A stretch of 64,000 nucleotides of DNA from Oscillospiraceae bacterium (GCA_963664585.2 CAXXEO010000015.1:6597-70596); one strand, 5' to 3'; shown: positions 9,505-19,773, counted from the first letter of the stretch. Notes: a model not told the origin generated them from the letters alone. Program-made: numbers and translations.

Positions 9505-9603
9505 GATTAACTTGAAAACAAGCTTGTGATTTCTTCCCCCGCCGAAGGCGGGGGAAGAAAATGACGTTTTAACTATAGCCAGTTTTTAAGTTAATTGGCT
9601 ATA
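9505..9603 (-). repeat. F1 repeat copy, orientation B, split by IS copy 2 (other 11 bp at 8442..8452)
   Basis: GATTAACTTGAAAACAAGCTTGTGATTTCTTCCCCCGCCGAAGGCGGGGGAAGAAAATGACG...TTAATTGGCTATA. The loop reads GAA on the top strand. Confidence 0.9.
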
Positions 9604-9674
9604 TATATATCTATTCTCTTGGGTTCATCTGCTTTTCCTTAAGCTTTTTATCCGCGCTGACGGCATATGAGAGG

Positions 9675-10955
9675 CTATTCCTTGCCCCAGAAGCTTTCAT
9701 GCTCCGCCCAAAGGCCAACAGCTGGATTAGATATATAAAACACCTCTTCCGAGTCGATGGTATTAAACCCATCCTTCATACTATGGATTGGGTATTTCTC
9801 CATCGCCTCTTCCAAAGACATATAGTGATAGTTGATGCCTTCAATTTCTTCCCTTGTCATATGGCCTGGAGCATAGGTAATCGTAAATCTGTCATCAGAG
9901 GAAGAATGGATGATGTGTGCCGCAACAGAAAGACTCTTTTGCAAATCCTCATTTTCCTGCGTCAGACGACAAATTCTATCCCGGCCCACATAGCCGTATT
10001 TTCGGATCAGCCTGTCGTTTTCTTTGTCCTCCCCGCAACCGCACAGACCCGGGGCAATGATAACCAGCTCTCCGCCGTCCTCTATACACATTCTGGTGCG
10101 GTAAATCGCCTTATTACCGATCCAGGTTCTTTTAAACTCTTTTTCATGCAGATAGACAATCACCTTTTTAAGTCTTTTGTCCAAAAAGGTAAGATTCTTT
10201 TGCTGGCTTATGGCAATGGCTTTTTCAAAGGTGTCTCTGTTTTCACCGATCGAAAGACATTCTACCTGAGGCTCCAAGCCTTTTACTGTAGTAACAGTGA
10301 GCATATAAAGGATGGGTACATTTTGCAAAAAATGCTCCAAAGCATAATCAAACAGTTTATGCACCGGAGTGTGGTCGCGGCCCATCATTTTTTCCATACC
10401 GTACAGCGCTCCGATATAATGGCTGGCATTGATCATCCCACTGCCGCCGCAGCCCACAAAAATATTCTTGTTATAGTTCGCCATGCCCACCACCTCGTGG
10501 GGCACTACCTGACCGACCGAAATAATGATGTCATAGCTTTTATCAAGAACGCGCTTGTTAATTTCAACGGGAACCGCTTCGCAGAAATAGCCGGCACTGA
10601 TTTCCTTGACAAATTCCGCCGGCACCTCTCCTATCTTGATGGTATCAGTCTTCCAGTTGTGTACTAAAAAACGATCATGTGGAATGGATGTATACATTTC
10701 ATCCAGCTCTTCTTCACTCATGGGCACATGGGTACCTAAGGCTGGCAGAATATCCACCTGAGCATTTTTGTCGGTCAAATACCGGTACAGCATCCGGGTG
10801 ATGGGGCCCGCATAGGAATTGGAACGTGACATATCGGGCGGAATAATCAGTGCTTTTTTAATATCCCTGTTTGCGAGTGCGTTTAATATGGCTTCATTAA
10901 TCTGCTCGTCACTGATCGGAAAGTCCTGTTTTGCATAAAGGCACAGATTACCCAT
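9675..10955 (-). CDS. LarA-like (DUF2088) nickel-dependent hydroxyacid racemase/epimerase family protein
   Basis: 426 aa with overall LarA-type organisation (...GQVVPHEVVGMANYNKNIFVGCGG...). Specificity is unknown. Confidence 0.65.
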   Translation of the reverse strand: MGNLCLYAKQDFPISDEQINEAILNALANRDIKKALIIPPDMSRSNSYAGPITRMLYRYLTDKNAQVDILPALGTHVPMSEEELDEMYTSIPHDRFLVHNWKTDTIKIGEVPAEFVKEISAGYFCEAVPVEINKRVLDKSYDIIISVGQVVPHEVVGMANYNKNIFVGCGGSGMINASHYIGALYGMEKMMGRDHTPVHKLFDYALEHFLQNVPILYMLTVTTVKGLEPQVECLSIGENRDTFEKAIAISQQKNLTFLDKRLKKVIVYLHEKEFKRTWIGNKAIYRTRMCIEDGGELVIIAPGLCGCGEDKENDRLIRKYGYVGRDRICRLTQENEDLQKSLSVAAHIIHSSSDDRFTITYAPGHMTREEIEGINYHYMSLEEAMEKYPIHSMKDGFNTIDSEEVFYISNPAVGLWAEHESFWGKE

Positions 10956-11070
10956 TTTCTTTTCTCCTATTCATTGGGGCTTATACTGTTGATACACATG
11001 TTTTCCATGTCGTCGGGAAATGGAAGCGTCTAAACTGCTGACATTACTTTCATATCAGCCCGTTTTATCA

Positions 11071-12474
11071 TCAGGCTTCGCTTTCCCACTGGGTATGGAA
11101 GTCTCCCTCGCGGTCAATACGTTGATAGGTATGAGCACCAAAACAGTCCCGCAGTGCCTGCACAAGGTTAAGCGGCATTTTATCCGTGTGTATACTGTCA
11201 TAGTAAGTGATCGTGGAGGCAAGAGCAGGCTCGGCAAGACCGGCCATCATGCCCTGCGCAACAACCTCTCTCCATGTTTTTTGCAGTTGATTTAGTTGTG
11301 GAGCAAACTCCTCGGTCAGAATAAGGTTATCGATATCCGGTTGTTGTCTGAGTGCATAGGTAATTTTCTCGAGAAGGCTTGAGCGTATGATACATCCGCC
11401 TCTCCATAGAGAAATGACATTCGGCAAATCAATCCCCCAACCGAAATCCTTGGATGCTTTTCGAATCAGCTCTATCCCCTGTGCATAACTGCAGATAATT
11501 CCGGCCAACAGTGCCTCTTCCAGGCTGTTTTGACCATTCTGTAAAACGAAGTTATGTTCTGGCGGTGTAAATAGTGCATTCCCCATCTGACGAAGATGTG
11601 TGTTCTTGGAAAGATAACGGGCAAATACTGCTTCAGAGATAGTGGGTATGTAAACGCCTCTTTCCATTCCTTCAATGAGGGTCCAACTGCCTGTTCCTTT
11701 TTGCTGCGCCACATCTAAAATATAATCAACCAACTGGCCACCTGTCAGTGGATCCTCTTTTTCTAGCACCAGCAAGGTGATATCAATCAGGTAGGAATCT
11801 AAAGCGCCCTTGGACCAGTCCTTAAAGGTTCCTGCGATCTCCTGATTGCTAAGCTTTAACCCCGTCCGCATCAAGTGATAGACATCTGCAATCAGTTGAA
11901 GAATTGCGTATTCAATACCATTATGCACCATCTTGACATAGTGTCCCGCTCCGCCGCCGCCGACATAGCCACAGCAGGAATCACTGCCGGCATGAGCGGC
12001 AATTAACTGTAAAATGCTGCCGCAATGCTCCCAAGCCTCGCGGCTTCCGCCAGCCATCATGCTGGGGCCCTCCAGAGCGCCTTTTTCACCGCCTGAAATG
12101 CCTGTTCCCAAATAGCAAATACCCTTTTCCTGTAAGGCCTGAAGCCGCCGCAAGGTATCCGTGTATCTGGAGTTTCCCCCATCAATCAATATATCACCCG
12201 GCACAAGATGGGGTGAAAGTTCCTCAATGACCATGTCAACCGGCGATCCCGCGGTAATCATAAGGAGTATGACTCTGGGCGTGGAAAGGCTTTCCACAAA
12301 TGCAGTCATCTCTTCAAAGACCTGCCAGTTCTTGTTTTCGGGACAACTAAACGATTTGCGTTCCTTTTCGGGTTTACTGTATAGTGCAGTGTTTACCCCA
12401 TGATGGATTAAATTCTTCGCCAGACTGCTGCCCATAACGCCCAGCCCATAGAGTCCAATTTGGTATTCCGTCAT
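11071..12474 (-). CDS. gnd: 6-phosphogluconate dehydrogenase, decarboxylating
   Basis: ORF 11071..12567, trimmed to MTEYQIGLYGLGVMGSSLAKNL. Contains IDGGNSRYTDTLRR and GTGISGGEKGALEGPSMMAGG. Confidence 0.9.
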   Translation of the reverse strand: MTEYQIGLYGLGVMGSSLAKNLIHHGVNTALYSKPEKERKSFSCPENKNWQVFEEMTAFVESLSTPRVILLMITAGSPVDMVIEELSPHLVPGDILIDGGNSRYTDTLRRLQALQEKGICYLGTGISGGEKGALEGPSMMAGGSREAWEHCGSILQLIAAHAGSDSCCGYVGGGGAGHYVKMVHNGIEYAILQLIADVYHLMRTGLKLSNQEIAGTFKDWSKGALDSYLIDITLLVLEKEDPLTGGQLVDYILDVAQQKGTGSWTLIEGMERGVYIPTISEAVFARYLSKNTHLRQMGNALFTPPEHNFVLQNGQNSLEEALLAGIICSYAQGIELIRKASKDFGWGIDLPNVISLWRGGCIIRSSLLEKITYALRQQPDIDNLILTEEFAPQLNQLQKTWREVVAQGMMAGLAEPALASTITYYDSIHTDKMPLNLVQALRDCFGAHTYQRIDREGDFHTQWESEA

Positions 12475-12588
12475 CAGTGTACCCGTCCTTTTTACAGTAT
12501 TGATTTGAAATTCTGCATTGCACAGTTGTCTGTTCCCTTTTGATGGTAAGTCATAACCGTCCGGCAATGGCGGACGGAAGTAAATGAA

Positions 12589-14100
12589 TCACTTACCATA
12601 ACTCATACTATTATTATCTTTGAGAACGACATCATGTGAACTTCCCTCAACGATGCTTGTCGCTGATACAAGCGTAATTTTTGCATTTTTTTGCAGCTCC
12701 GGAATCGTTAAAACGCCACAGTTGCACATGGTTGAACGAACTTTGCTTAATGAAAGCAATACATTGTCTTTGAGTTTCCCAGCGTAGGGAACATAGGAAT
12801 CAACACCTTCTTCAAAAGACAGCTTGTCATCTCCGCCCATGTCATAGCGCTGCCAGTTTCTCGCACGATTAGATCCTTCTCCCCAGTATTCTTTCATATA
12901 ATTACCGTTGATATTGATCTTGTTTGTTGGGCTTTCATCAAAACGAGAGAAATATCTGCCAAGCATGACGAAATCAGCACCCATTGCCAGTGCAAGAGTG
13001 ATGTGATAATCGTGAACAATGCCTCCGTCAGAACATACGGGGATGTAAATACCAGTTTCTTCGAAATATTCGTCACGAGCCTTTGTAACTTCAATCAAAG
13101 CGGTTGCCTGTCCCCGCCCAATTCCTTTCTGCTCACGGGTAATACAGATAGATCCGCCGCCAATGCCAACCTTAATAAAGTCAGCGCCCGCTTTGGCCAG
13201 AAATAAAAAGCCCTCGCGGTCAACCACATTTCCCGCACCGACTTTCACAGAATCACCGTATTTTTTACGAATATACTCGATCGTTATTTTCTGCCATTCC
13301 GAAAACCCTTCGGACGAATCAATGCACAGCACATCCGCTCCTGCGTTCACTAAAGCAGGAACTCGTTTGGCATAATCCCTTGTATTAATACCGGCACCGA
13401 CAACATATCTTTTGGAACTGTCGAGAAGCTCGTTTTCGTTCTTTTTATGAGAGGCGTAATCTTTGCGAAATACCATGGATTTAAGATTTTGCTGATTGTC
13501 GATCAATGGCAAAACATTCAGTTTGTTCTCCCAGATCATATCATTCGCTTCTTTGAGTGTCGTTTTTTCGTCAGCACAAACCAGATTTTCAAAATTAGTC
13601 ATAAATTCATATACTTTCAGATCGGCTGGCATTCTGCTGACACGATAATCTCTGCTTGTTACAAGGCCCACTAATTTTCCGGTCGCCGTACCATCCGACG
13701 TTACCGCAACGGTAGAATGTCCTGTTTTTTCTTTTAACATTAAAACATCAGCCAAGGTACTTTCAGGTGTGATATTTGAGTCACTCACCACAAACCCTGC
13801 TTTATAGCTTTTGACACGAGCAATCATCTGCACTTCGCTTTCGATCGTCTGCGAGCAGTAGAGAAAAGCGATTCCGCCCTCTTTTGCCAAAGCAATTGCC
13901 ATTTTGTCGTCAGAGACAGATTGCATTATAGCGGATACAAGCGGAATATTCATCTGAATGTCTGCATTTTCGCCTTTTTTGTATTTCACAACAGGTGTTT
14001 TCAGGCTTACGTTTGTCGGAGTGCATTCTGCCGACGTATACCCGGGCACAAGTAAATATTCTCCAAACGTATGTGATGGTTCCTTAAAATAAAAAGCCAT
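12589..14100 (-). CDS. IMP dehydrogenase-family protein with CBS pair
   Basis: About 503 aa. Active-site-like [17 protein letters not shown]-type insert lies between the barrel halves. Start at MAFYFKEP behind GAGGAG. Confidence 0.8.
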   Translation of the reverse strand: MAFYFKEPSHTFGEYLLVPGYTSAECTPTNVSLKTPVVKYKKGENADIQMNIPLVSAIMQSVSDDKMAIALAKEGGIAFLYCSQTIESEVQMIARVKSYKAGFVVSDSNITPESTLADVLMLKEKTGHSTVAVTSDGTATGKLVGLVTSRDYRVSRMPADLKVYEFMTNFENLVCADEKTTLKEANDMIWENKLNVLPLIDNQQNLKSMVFRKDYASHKKNENELLDSSKRYVVGAGINTRDYAKRVPALVNAGADVLCIDSSEGFSEWQKITIEYIRKKYGDSVKVGAGNVVDREGFLFLAKAGADFIKVGIGGGSICITREQKGIGRGQATALIEVTKARDEYFEETGIYIPVCSDGGIVHDYHITLALAMGADFVMLGRYFSRFDESPTNKININGNYMKEYWGEGSNRARNWQRYDMGGDDKLSFEEGVDSYVPYAGKLKDNVLLSLSKVRSTMCNCGVLTIPELQKNAKITLVSATSIVEGSSHDVVLKDNNSMSYGK

Positions 14101-14144
14101 ATTCGTCACTCCTCAATCAAGTTTTTCCGATTATAATATCATAC

Positions 14145-14170
14145 CAGATATACTAAAGCAAGTATATCTG
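14145..14170. promoter_or_regulatory. 10-bp perfect inverted repeat, operator candidate
   Basis: CAGATATACT-N6-AGTATATCTG. It overlaps a minus-strand TTGCTT-17-TATTAT promoter-like sequence upstream of the IMPDH-like gene. Confidence 0.4.
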
Positions 14171-14359
14171 TGTTTTTAAATGCACTCTATTGCAATTATC
14201 TAAAAAACGAGACTTCTATCTTTCTGCCCCGCCTGCAACTGGACAGAAGGAGTTGAAATTTATATCATATGTATTTTCCCCGTCCGAGGTGGGGAAATGA
14301 TAAATTTAACGCATTTTCTATTTTGTTAAGGTGGATTTGCAAAAAACAGTTTGGTTCAA

Positions 14360-15154
14360 TCAAACATGTAAATCTCTTTTCGGGTAAAAGAAATATGCAA
14401 AAACAAAAAAAGCAGCAATAAGCATAAGCGACAGTATGACAATAAAAATATTAAGACCATATCCATCAACAAGATTTTTATAGCTGAAATATTTAAAGGG
14501 CGAAAGCAGGTTTAGAACGTTCAGCCGGTCCGTCAGGTCAGTTATTTTTGCTATTACAAAGGCAATAAACAGTATCCCCGTAGAAAAAGAGCCCGCGGAT
14601 TTCGGATTTTTCATAAAAGCAGCCAGCGCTGCTCCAAGCGACATAAAAATAAGCTGAATGATGAACATGCTCACCATAAACAAAGTAATTTCAACTGAAA
14701 TATCGTTTTCCTTATTATAAGCGGCGACCATAACGATTGAAGAGACAAGCGTGACAATATTGAGGATCACTATATTCACAAAAGCAGCAAGAAATTTGGA
14801 AGTAATAATGGCATTTCTTGAAACAGGCTTTATCATTAAGAATTCTGTGGTCTTGTCGTATTCCTCTTTGGCGATGATGCCCGCGCCAAGCAGTGCAGCA
14901 TGAATTGCAGCCGCAAGTTCAATGTAGAGGAACAACATTGCAAAATAGCCAGACATAGTGGTTATATCGAACGAACCCATTCCTATCAGCGCTTTCACTG
15001 AATATGGTATATCATTAAAAAGTGCGTAGGACTGCCCACCTGAAGAATAGGCGGTATACTTGCCCATGCCGCTCAAAACCAGCAAGAACATAGAGGTGCT
15101 CCATATGAAAAGGGATTTCCTGTTTGCTTTTATTTCCCTTAAAAAAATATTCAA
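14360..15154 (-). CDS. ABC-2 type transporter permease
   Basis: ORF 14360..15244, trimmed to a TTG start at 15152-15154 behind AAAGGAGGT (MNIFLREIKANRK...). Polytopic and similar in size and N-terminus to the adjacent permease. Confidence 0.75.
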   Translation of the reverse strand: MNIFLREIKANRKSLFIWSTSMFLLVLSGMGKYTAYSSGGQSYALFNDIPYSVKALIGMGSFDITTMSGYFAMLFLYIELAAAIHAALLGAGIIAKEEYDKTTEFLMIKPVSRNAIITSKFLAAFVNIVILNIVTLVSSIVMVAAYNKENDISVEITLFMVSMFIIQLIFMSLGAALAAFMKNPKSAGSFSTGILFIAFVIAKITDLTDRLNVLNLLSPFKYFSYKNLVDGYGLNIFIVILSLMLIAAFFVFAYFFYPKRDLHV

Positions 15155-15280
15155 AATCAGACCTCCTTTAATTATATCCCATACCAAACTGCGATTAAAC
15201 GATAATTCCAATGATGATTTCTCCGCTAACAGCGGCAAGGTCACAAACGAAAATTCAGTGTCATTTAAACTAAATTAAAT

Positions 15281-15384
15281 GCCTTGTAAAATCTAAATCC
15301 TTATGGCAATGGGTTAAATGTCTTTATATATTCCCCCGCCTTCGGCGGGGCAATATATAAGTTTAAGATGTTACATTGTACTAG
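15281..15384 (-). repeat. F2 repeat copy with GC hairpin core, orientation Y
   Basis: GCCTTGTAAAATCTAAATCCTTATGGCAATGGGTTAAATG...TATATTCCCCCGCCTTCGGCGGGGCAATATA...GATGTTACATTGTACTAG. Confidence 0.85.
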
Positions 15385-15396
15385 TATGGCAGCCTC

Positions 15397-16197
15397 TCAG
15401 TTCACACTATGAATATCCTTCTTGATATAAATAATATAACTTGCGAAAATGGCCAAAACAATAATAAGCGCTCCAGCAATCAGATATGGGGCTTCATAAC
15501 GTGCGTTATTAAGGATATAGGGTAAACTAAAGTACTTAAACGGCGAGATAAAACGAGCCAGATCGCTTTCTCCCGTTGCAATGATCGCGCCGAGAATATA
15601 GAACCCAAAGACAACGCCAAGCGAAACCGGAAGCACAGATTTAAGCTTTGGAAGGATAACCGAGATCATAAACCCTATTGCAAGAAAAATCAATTGGATA
15701 AACAGCAGAGTAAGGCTGATCATCAAGAACAGCTTGTTGTTGTAATCCGATGTTTTCACAATATTGGCGGTGATGGAAGCTCCAGCATAATAAAGCACAT
15801 TAGTAGCTAAAAGCATGGTAAGGGCAGCCAGAAGCTTTGCACTGACAATGGCACCACGTGAGACGGGCTTGACAAGAAGAAAATCCGCAGTTCGCTCACG
15901 CGTCTCCTTCGAAAGGATGGATACGCCGTAATTCATCGCCTGAATCGCCCCGCAGAGCGTGATAAATGAATATATCATCGAATAAAAGCCAAGAATTGTG
16001 GTAATGTTGTCAAGTGAAATACCCAGCATAGCCCGGATAGATGGCGGGTATCCACCCAGCAGCCTTTTGAAATCTTCAGCATCTTTCACAATGCTTGTAT
16101 AGACGGAAAAATAAATTACAGCGAGCGCTATGATGGCGCATGTCCATAGAATCGTCGACTTCCGCAGTGATTTAAGCTCATGTAAATACATATTCAT
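15397..16197 (-). CDS. ABC-2 type transporter permease
   Basis: 266 aa, six predicted hydrophobic segments, begins MNMYLHELKSLRKS. Confidence 0.75.
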   Translation of the reverse strand: MNMYLHELKSLRKSTILWTCAIIALAVIYFSVYTSIVKDAEDFKRLLGGYPPSIRAMLGISLDNITTILGFYSMIYSFITLCGAIQAMNYGVSILSKETRERTADFLLVKPVSRGAIVSAKLLAALTMLLATNVLYYAGASITANIVKTSDYNNKLFLMISLTLLFIQLIFLAIGFMISVILPKLKSVLPVSLGVVFGFYILGAIIATGESDLARFISPFKYFSLPYILNNARYEAPYLIAGALIIVLAIFASYIIYIKKDIHSVN

Positions 16198-16202
16198 GCC
16201 GC

Positions 16203-17084
16203 TTAATCCCCCTTGGCATAATAATGCATGAAGATTTCCTCAAGATCCGGCTCATCAATTGATATGTTGGTCAATTCTATATCTGCGATTTTTTTCATTA
16301 TCGAGTTAATATTTCCTTTAAATATGAAATCAGCTGTGTTTCCTTTTAGCTCCAGTTTGCTCACACCGCTGATACTCAAATATTCCCTGGGGATGGCAGC
16401 TTTTGCTTCAAAACTGATTTTTTTGTAGTTGTTTTCCTGTAGAGTGCTCATCTTTTCAAGCTCAATGATTTTGCCTTCTTTAATGAATGCTACCCTGCTG
16501 CACATTTTCTGGACCTCACTGAGAATATGCGAGGAAAAAAACACAGCCGCGCCCTTATGATTCTCTTCTGCGATCAGTTCGAAAAATTTCTGCTGCATCA
16601 GTGGATCAAGTCCACTGGTGGGCTCATCAAGTATGATTAATTTTGGCTCGTGCAAAAGTCCCTGGACGATTCCAACCTTCTTTTTGTTACCGAAAGAAAG
16701 GTCATCTATTTTCTTTTTTAGGTCAAGATCCATCATTTTTGCGAGCTCGTTCATCCGCTTTGTGCAGTTCTTTTTATAGAAGCTGGCGGAATACTCCAGC
16801 AAATCAATTACCCTCATATTGTCATAATAAAACACTTCACTTGGCAGATAGCCCACTTCGCTTCGCACCTCAGGAAACTCACTGCAGCTTTTGCCAAAAA
16901 TTGCAGCGCTGCCGCTCGAAGGGTAGATCAACCCAAGCAGAGTGCGGATAGTTGTCGACTTACCGGCACCATTCGGACCAATAAAGCCAAATATCTCGCC
17001 CTGCTCAACAGTAAGACTCACATCAATGATGCCTCTCGCCTTGCCATAATTTTTTGTGAGATTTTTGATTTCAATGACATCCAT
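16203..17084 (-). CDS. ABC transporter ATP-binding protein
   Basis: Walker A GPNGAGKST, signature LSFGNKKKV, Walker B LIILDEPTSGLD. Confidence 0.9.
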   Translation of the reverse strand: MDVIEIKNLTKNYGKARGIIDVSLTVEQGEIFGFIGPNGAGKSTTIRTLLGLIYPSSGSAAIFGKSCSEFPEVRSEVGYLPSEVFYYDNMRVIDLLEYSASFYKKNCTKRMNELAKMMDLDLKKKIDDLSFGNKKKVGIVQGLLHEPKLIILDEPTSGLDPLMQQKFFELIAEENHKGAAVFFSSHILSEVQKMCSRVAFIKEGKIIELEKMSTLQENNYKKISFEAKAAIPREYLSISGVSKLELKGNTADFIFKGNINSIMKKIADIELTNISIDEPDLEEIFMHYYAKGD

Positions 17085-17214
17085 TGATACTGCCTCCTAA
17101 AACCTGCTTAAAATCTCAATGATTTAAAATTTATCTTTAACTTTTATTATGTCAGTTTAGTCATCGTCTAATCGGATACAAAACTCATCTGCAAGCTTAA
17201 TTATAAAAATAGTA

Positions 17215-17238
17215 GGGCAGCCCCTTTCGGAGCTGCCC
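17215..17238 (-). terminator. intrinsic terminator candidate for the lipoprotein gene
   Basis: Minus strand: GGGCAGC-TCCGAAAGG-GCTGCCC followed by TACTATTTTTA. Confidence 0.5.
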
Positions 17239-17250
17239 GTGAAAGCAATG

Positions 17251-17356
17251 TATAGCCAATTAACTTGAAAATTGGCTATAGATAAAACGTCATTTTCTTC
17301 CCCCGCCTTCGGCGGGGGAAGAAATCACAAGCTTGTTTTCAAATGAATCAACTATA
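17251..17356 (+). repeat. F1 repeat copy, orientation A
   Basis: Variant with an 11-bp first stem, TATAGCCAATT AACTTGAAA AATTGGCTATA. Core loop TTC. Confidence 0.9.
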
Positions 17357-17391
17357 GTTGGCAAACCATTATGTTGATCCAGATTGTCTTC

Positions 17392-17922
17392 TTAGGTTGT
17401 TTGAAGAGGATTGTTTTTTAGAATATCCTCCACTTCTTCGTATCCTGTCAAAAATGCATAGTTGTAACGCGCTGGAAGCGCAAAAACATATTCGGAATTA
17501 TGACCCAGCTCACTAGGTCCTATTGGTGCTGCGCCAATATGGAATTTTTCTTGTTGTAATAAGTTCCATTGAGCAAGCGAAAATATCATGATAGGAATAT
17601 CCTGTCGTGGGTTTTGAGAAGTCCATTGAGGATGTCTAATGTAAATGAGAGGCCCTGTCTGGGTAGTCTTGCCATTTTGTGAACCTTCCAGATCGACTCC
17701 CTCCCATTTGTCAGTGATTATCGAATAGCCTTTCCAACTTGGCGGCAAGGAAAAGCTAAAGCTATATTGGGTGCTTTTGTAGACGACCAAGTCGGTCTTC
17801 TCATCTGTTTTACTAGTTTGTATTGGCACTTCTTTTACTTCTTCTTTCTTCGTCACATTGATGCAACCAGTCAAAGAAGAACAAAGGATTAAGACTAGTG
17901 CGAATAGTACTATCTTTTTCAT
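17392..17922 (-). CDS. putative lipoprotein of unknown function
   Basis: Signal peptide MKKIVLFALVLILCSSLTGC with a lipobox Cys. Confidence 0.65.
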   Translation of the reverse strand: MKKIVLFALVLILCSSLTGCINVTKKEEVKEVPIQTSKTDEKTDLVVYKSTQYSFSFSLPPSWKGYSIITDKWEGVDLEGSQNGKTTQTGPLIYIRHPQWTSQNPRQDIPIMIFSLAQWNLLQQEKFHIGAAPIGPSELGHNSEYVFALPARYNYAFLTGYEEVEDILKNNPLQTT

Positions 17923-18210
17923 GTTTTAACCTCCTGCAGAATACAAAAACCAACCTTATTTAGTCAGTCAGCAAATACGTTATTTGAGGAGAAACATTCA
18001 AATGCGACTTTGCTCTCACCGATCCCTGTTTAGCTATATTTACAATCATAGTATATCACGATTATTGTTAAAAAATTTTCCTTATTCATCCAATACCTCT
18101 CCAATCTCAGCCCCGGTCTAAACTAGAACCGACATGATTGGAGTATCCCGAGTATTGCAAATGAGTAAAGAGATGATAAATTACGAACTGTGCCCTAAAC
18201 CACAAACTGA

Positions 18211-19383
18211 TTAATGATGAAACAATCTGACTCTGGTGAATGCCATCGCAATGTTATATTTGTCACAGGTTCCAATCACATGATCATCGCGAATTGACCC
18301 GCCTGTTTGTGCGATGAATTCGACACCGCTTCTATGCGCACGTTCAATATTATCACCGAAAGGGAAGAAAGCGTCGGACCCCAATGATACTCCCATAAAT
18401 GTATCCAACCATCTTCTTTTTTCTTCATAGGTAAATGGGTCGGGTCTTTTTGTAAAAATTTCTTCCCAACAGCCATCCGAAAGAATTTGTGCGCTATCAA
18501 CGGAGAGGTAACCATCAATCGCATTGTCCCGTTCTGGACGTTGGATGCTTTCTTTAAAAGGGAGGTTTAGCACCTTGGGATTTTGGCGCAAATACCATTG
18601 ATCCGATTTATCCCCTGCCAGGCGAGTGCAATGAATTCTTGATTGCTGTCCGGCTCCAATCCCTATTGCCTGACTGTCTTTTACATAACATACAGAATTT
18701 GATTGTGTATATTTCAGGGTGAGTAATGCGATGATGAGATCAGTTTTAGCGTCACTGGGAATCTCTTTGTTCAGGGTTGGAATTTCTTGCAGTAATTCTT
18801 CTGAAATCTTCACCTCATTTGTTCCCTGTTCAAATGTAATTCCAAAAACGTCCTTTTGTTCAACCAAATTCGGTTTGTAATTTTCGTCGATCTGGATAAT
18901 CGTGTAAAGCCCCTTGCGCTTCTTTTTTAAAATGTCGAGTGCTTTTTCTTCATACTCGGGAGCGACAATGCCATCCGAAACTTCCCTGGCAATGAGCGTT
19001 GCCGTGGACACGTCGCAAATATCGGATAAAGCGATAAAGTCTCCATATGAAGACATCCTGTCCGCACCTCTAGCTCTTGCGTAAGCCGATGCCTGCGCGG
19101 ATAGCTCCAAATCATCCACGAAATATATTTTTCTTAGCGTTTTACTCAAAGGCTTACCTATCGCTGCCCCCGCTGGGCTGACATGCTTAAAAGACGCAGC
19201 CGCAGTAAAACCCGTTGCCTGTTTTAGTTCCTTTACCAATTGCCAACCGTTAAAGGCATCTAAAAGATTGATATAGCCTGGATTTCCATTCAGAATCTTT
19301 ATCGGCACCTCGCCGGTTTTCATAAATATTCTCGCTGGCTTTTGATTGGGATTGCATCCATATTTTAGTTCCATTTCAGTCAT
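18211..19383 (-). CDS. AICAR transformylase-type protein (PurH formyltransferase domain only)
   Basis: 390 aa. The MELKYGCNPNQKPARIF start and GIGAGQQSRIHCTRLA are typical of the AICARFT domain. No IMP cyclohydrolase/MGS domain. Confidence 0.75.
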   Translation of the reverse strand: MTEMELKYGCNPNQKPARIFMKTGEVPIKILNGNPGYINLLDAFNGWQLVKELKQATGFTAAASFKHVSPAGAAIGKPLSKTLRKIYFVDDLELSAQASAYARARGADRMSSYGDFIALSDICDVSTATLIAREVSDGIVAPEYEEKALDILKKKRKGLYTIIQIDENYKPNLVEQKDVFGITFEQGTNEVKISEELLQEIPTLNKEIPSDAKTDLIIALLTLKYTQSNSVCYVKDSQAIGIGAGQQSRIHCTRLAGDKSDQWYLRQNPKVLNLPFKESIQRPERDNAIDGYLSVDSAQILSDGCWEEIFTKRPDPFTYEEKRRWLDTFMGVSLGSDAFFPFGDNIERAHRSGVEFIAQTGGSIRDDHVIGTCDKYNIAMAFTRVRLFHH

Positions 19384-19413
19384 GCAGGTAAACTCCTATT
19401 CTAATTTATTCAA

Positions 19414-19459
19414 TAAAAAAGCCAACTATCCGGGTTGTTTGCCCAGACGGTCGGCTTTT
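19414..19459 (-). terminator. intrinsic terminator candidate
   Basis: Minus strand: AAAAGCCGAC...GTTGGCTTTTTTATTG, downstream of the flavin reductase-like gene. Confidence 0.45.
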
Positions 19460-19773
19460 ATGTCATACTCCCTTGTGGTTATCCACATCCGTCAGTAATA
19501 TGACTCTTTATTTTAGTTTAAACTCAAAATGACTGATTGTCAATGTTAAGCTATACGAAAAGTCACTGCCCTTATCCAAGTTCCATTTAACACGAATCCC
19601 AATTTCAACAGCAATGATCCACCTCTGTTTCCCCCGCCTCCGGTGGCGAAACAGAGGGAATAATTAAGTGTGATTTAGAGAAGATTCAGTATGAACGATG
19701 TAGGAAATAGGGTGATGATAAAAGGGATGTACTTATCGATCTTCACAGCCTTGTTAATGGATTTTTGTTATTT

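Noticed and set aside
9505-9603. F1 as a simple Rho-independent terminator.
   Set aside because: The 14-bp GC stem is followed by AATCACAAG in one orientation and AATGACG in the other, so there is no T-run in either direction. Several copies lie upstream of genes or in divergent regions. Pausing or RNA-stability effects remain possible.
9699-10667. Long ORFs in the six-frame track antisense to confident genes: 9699..10667 (322 aa), 61979..62683 (234 aa), 25365..25970 (201 aa), 56360..56878, 49423..49887, 28872..29345 and others.
   Set aside because: Each lies entirely within, and opposite to, a gene with strong family motifs. They lack an RBS and have low-complexity or odd composition, as expected of shadow ORFs.
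14101-14359. Purine riboswitch or T-box leader upstream of the IMPDH-like gene.
   Set aside because: Reading the minus-strand leader, I found none of the conserved purine-riboswitch junction sequences or a T-box motif. Only a promoter-like sequence with a 10-bp inverted repeat is present.
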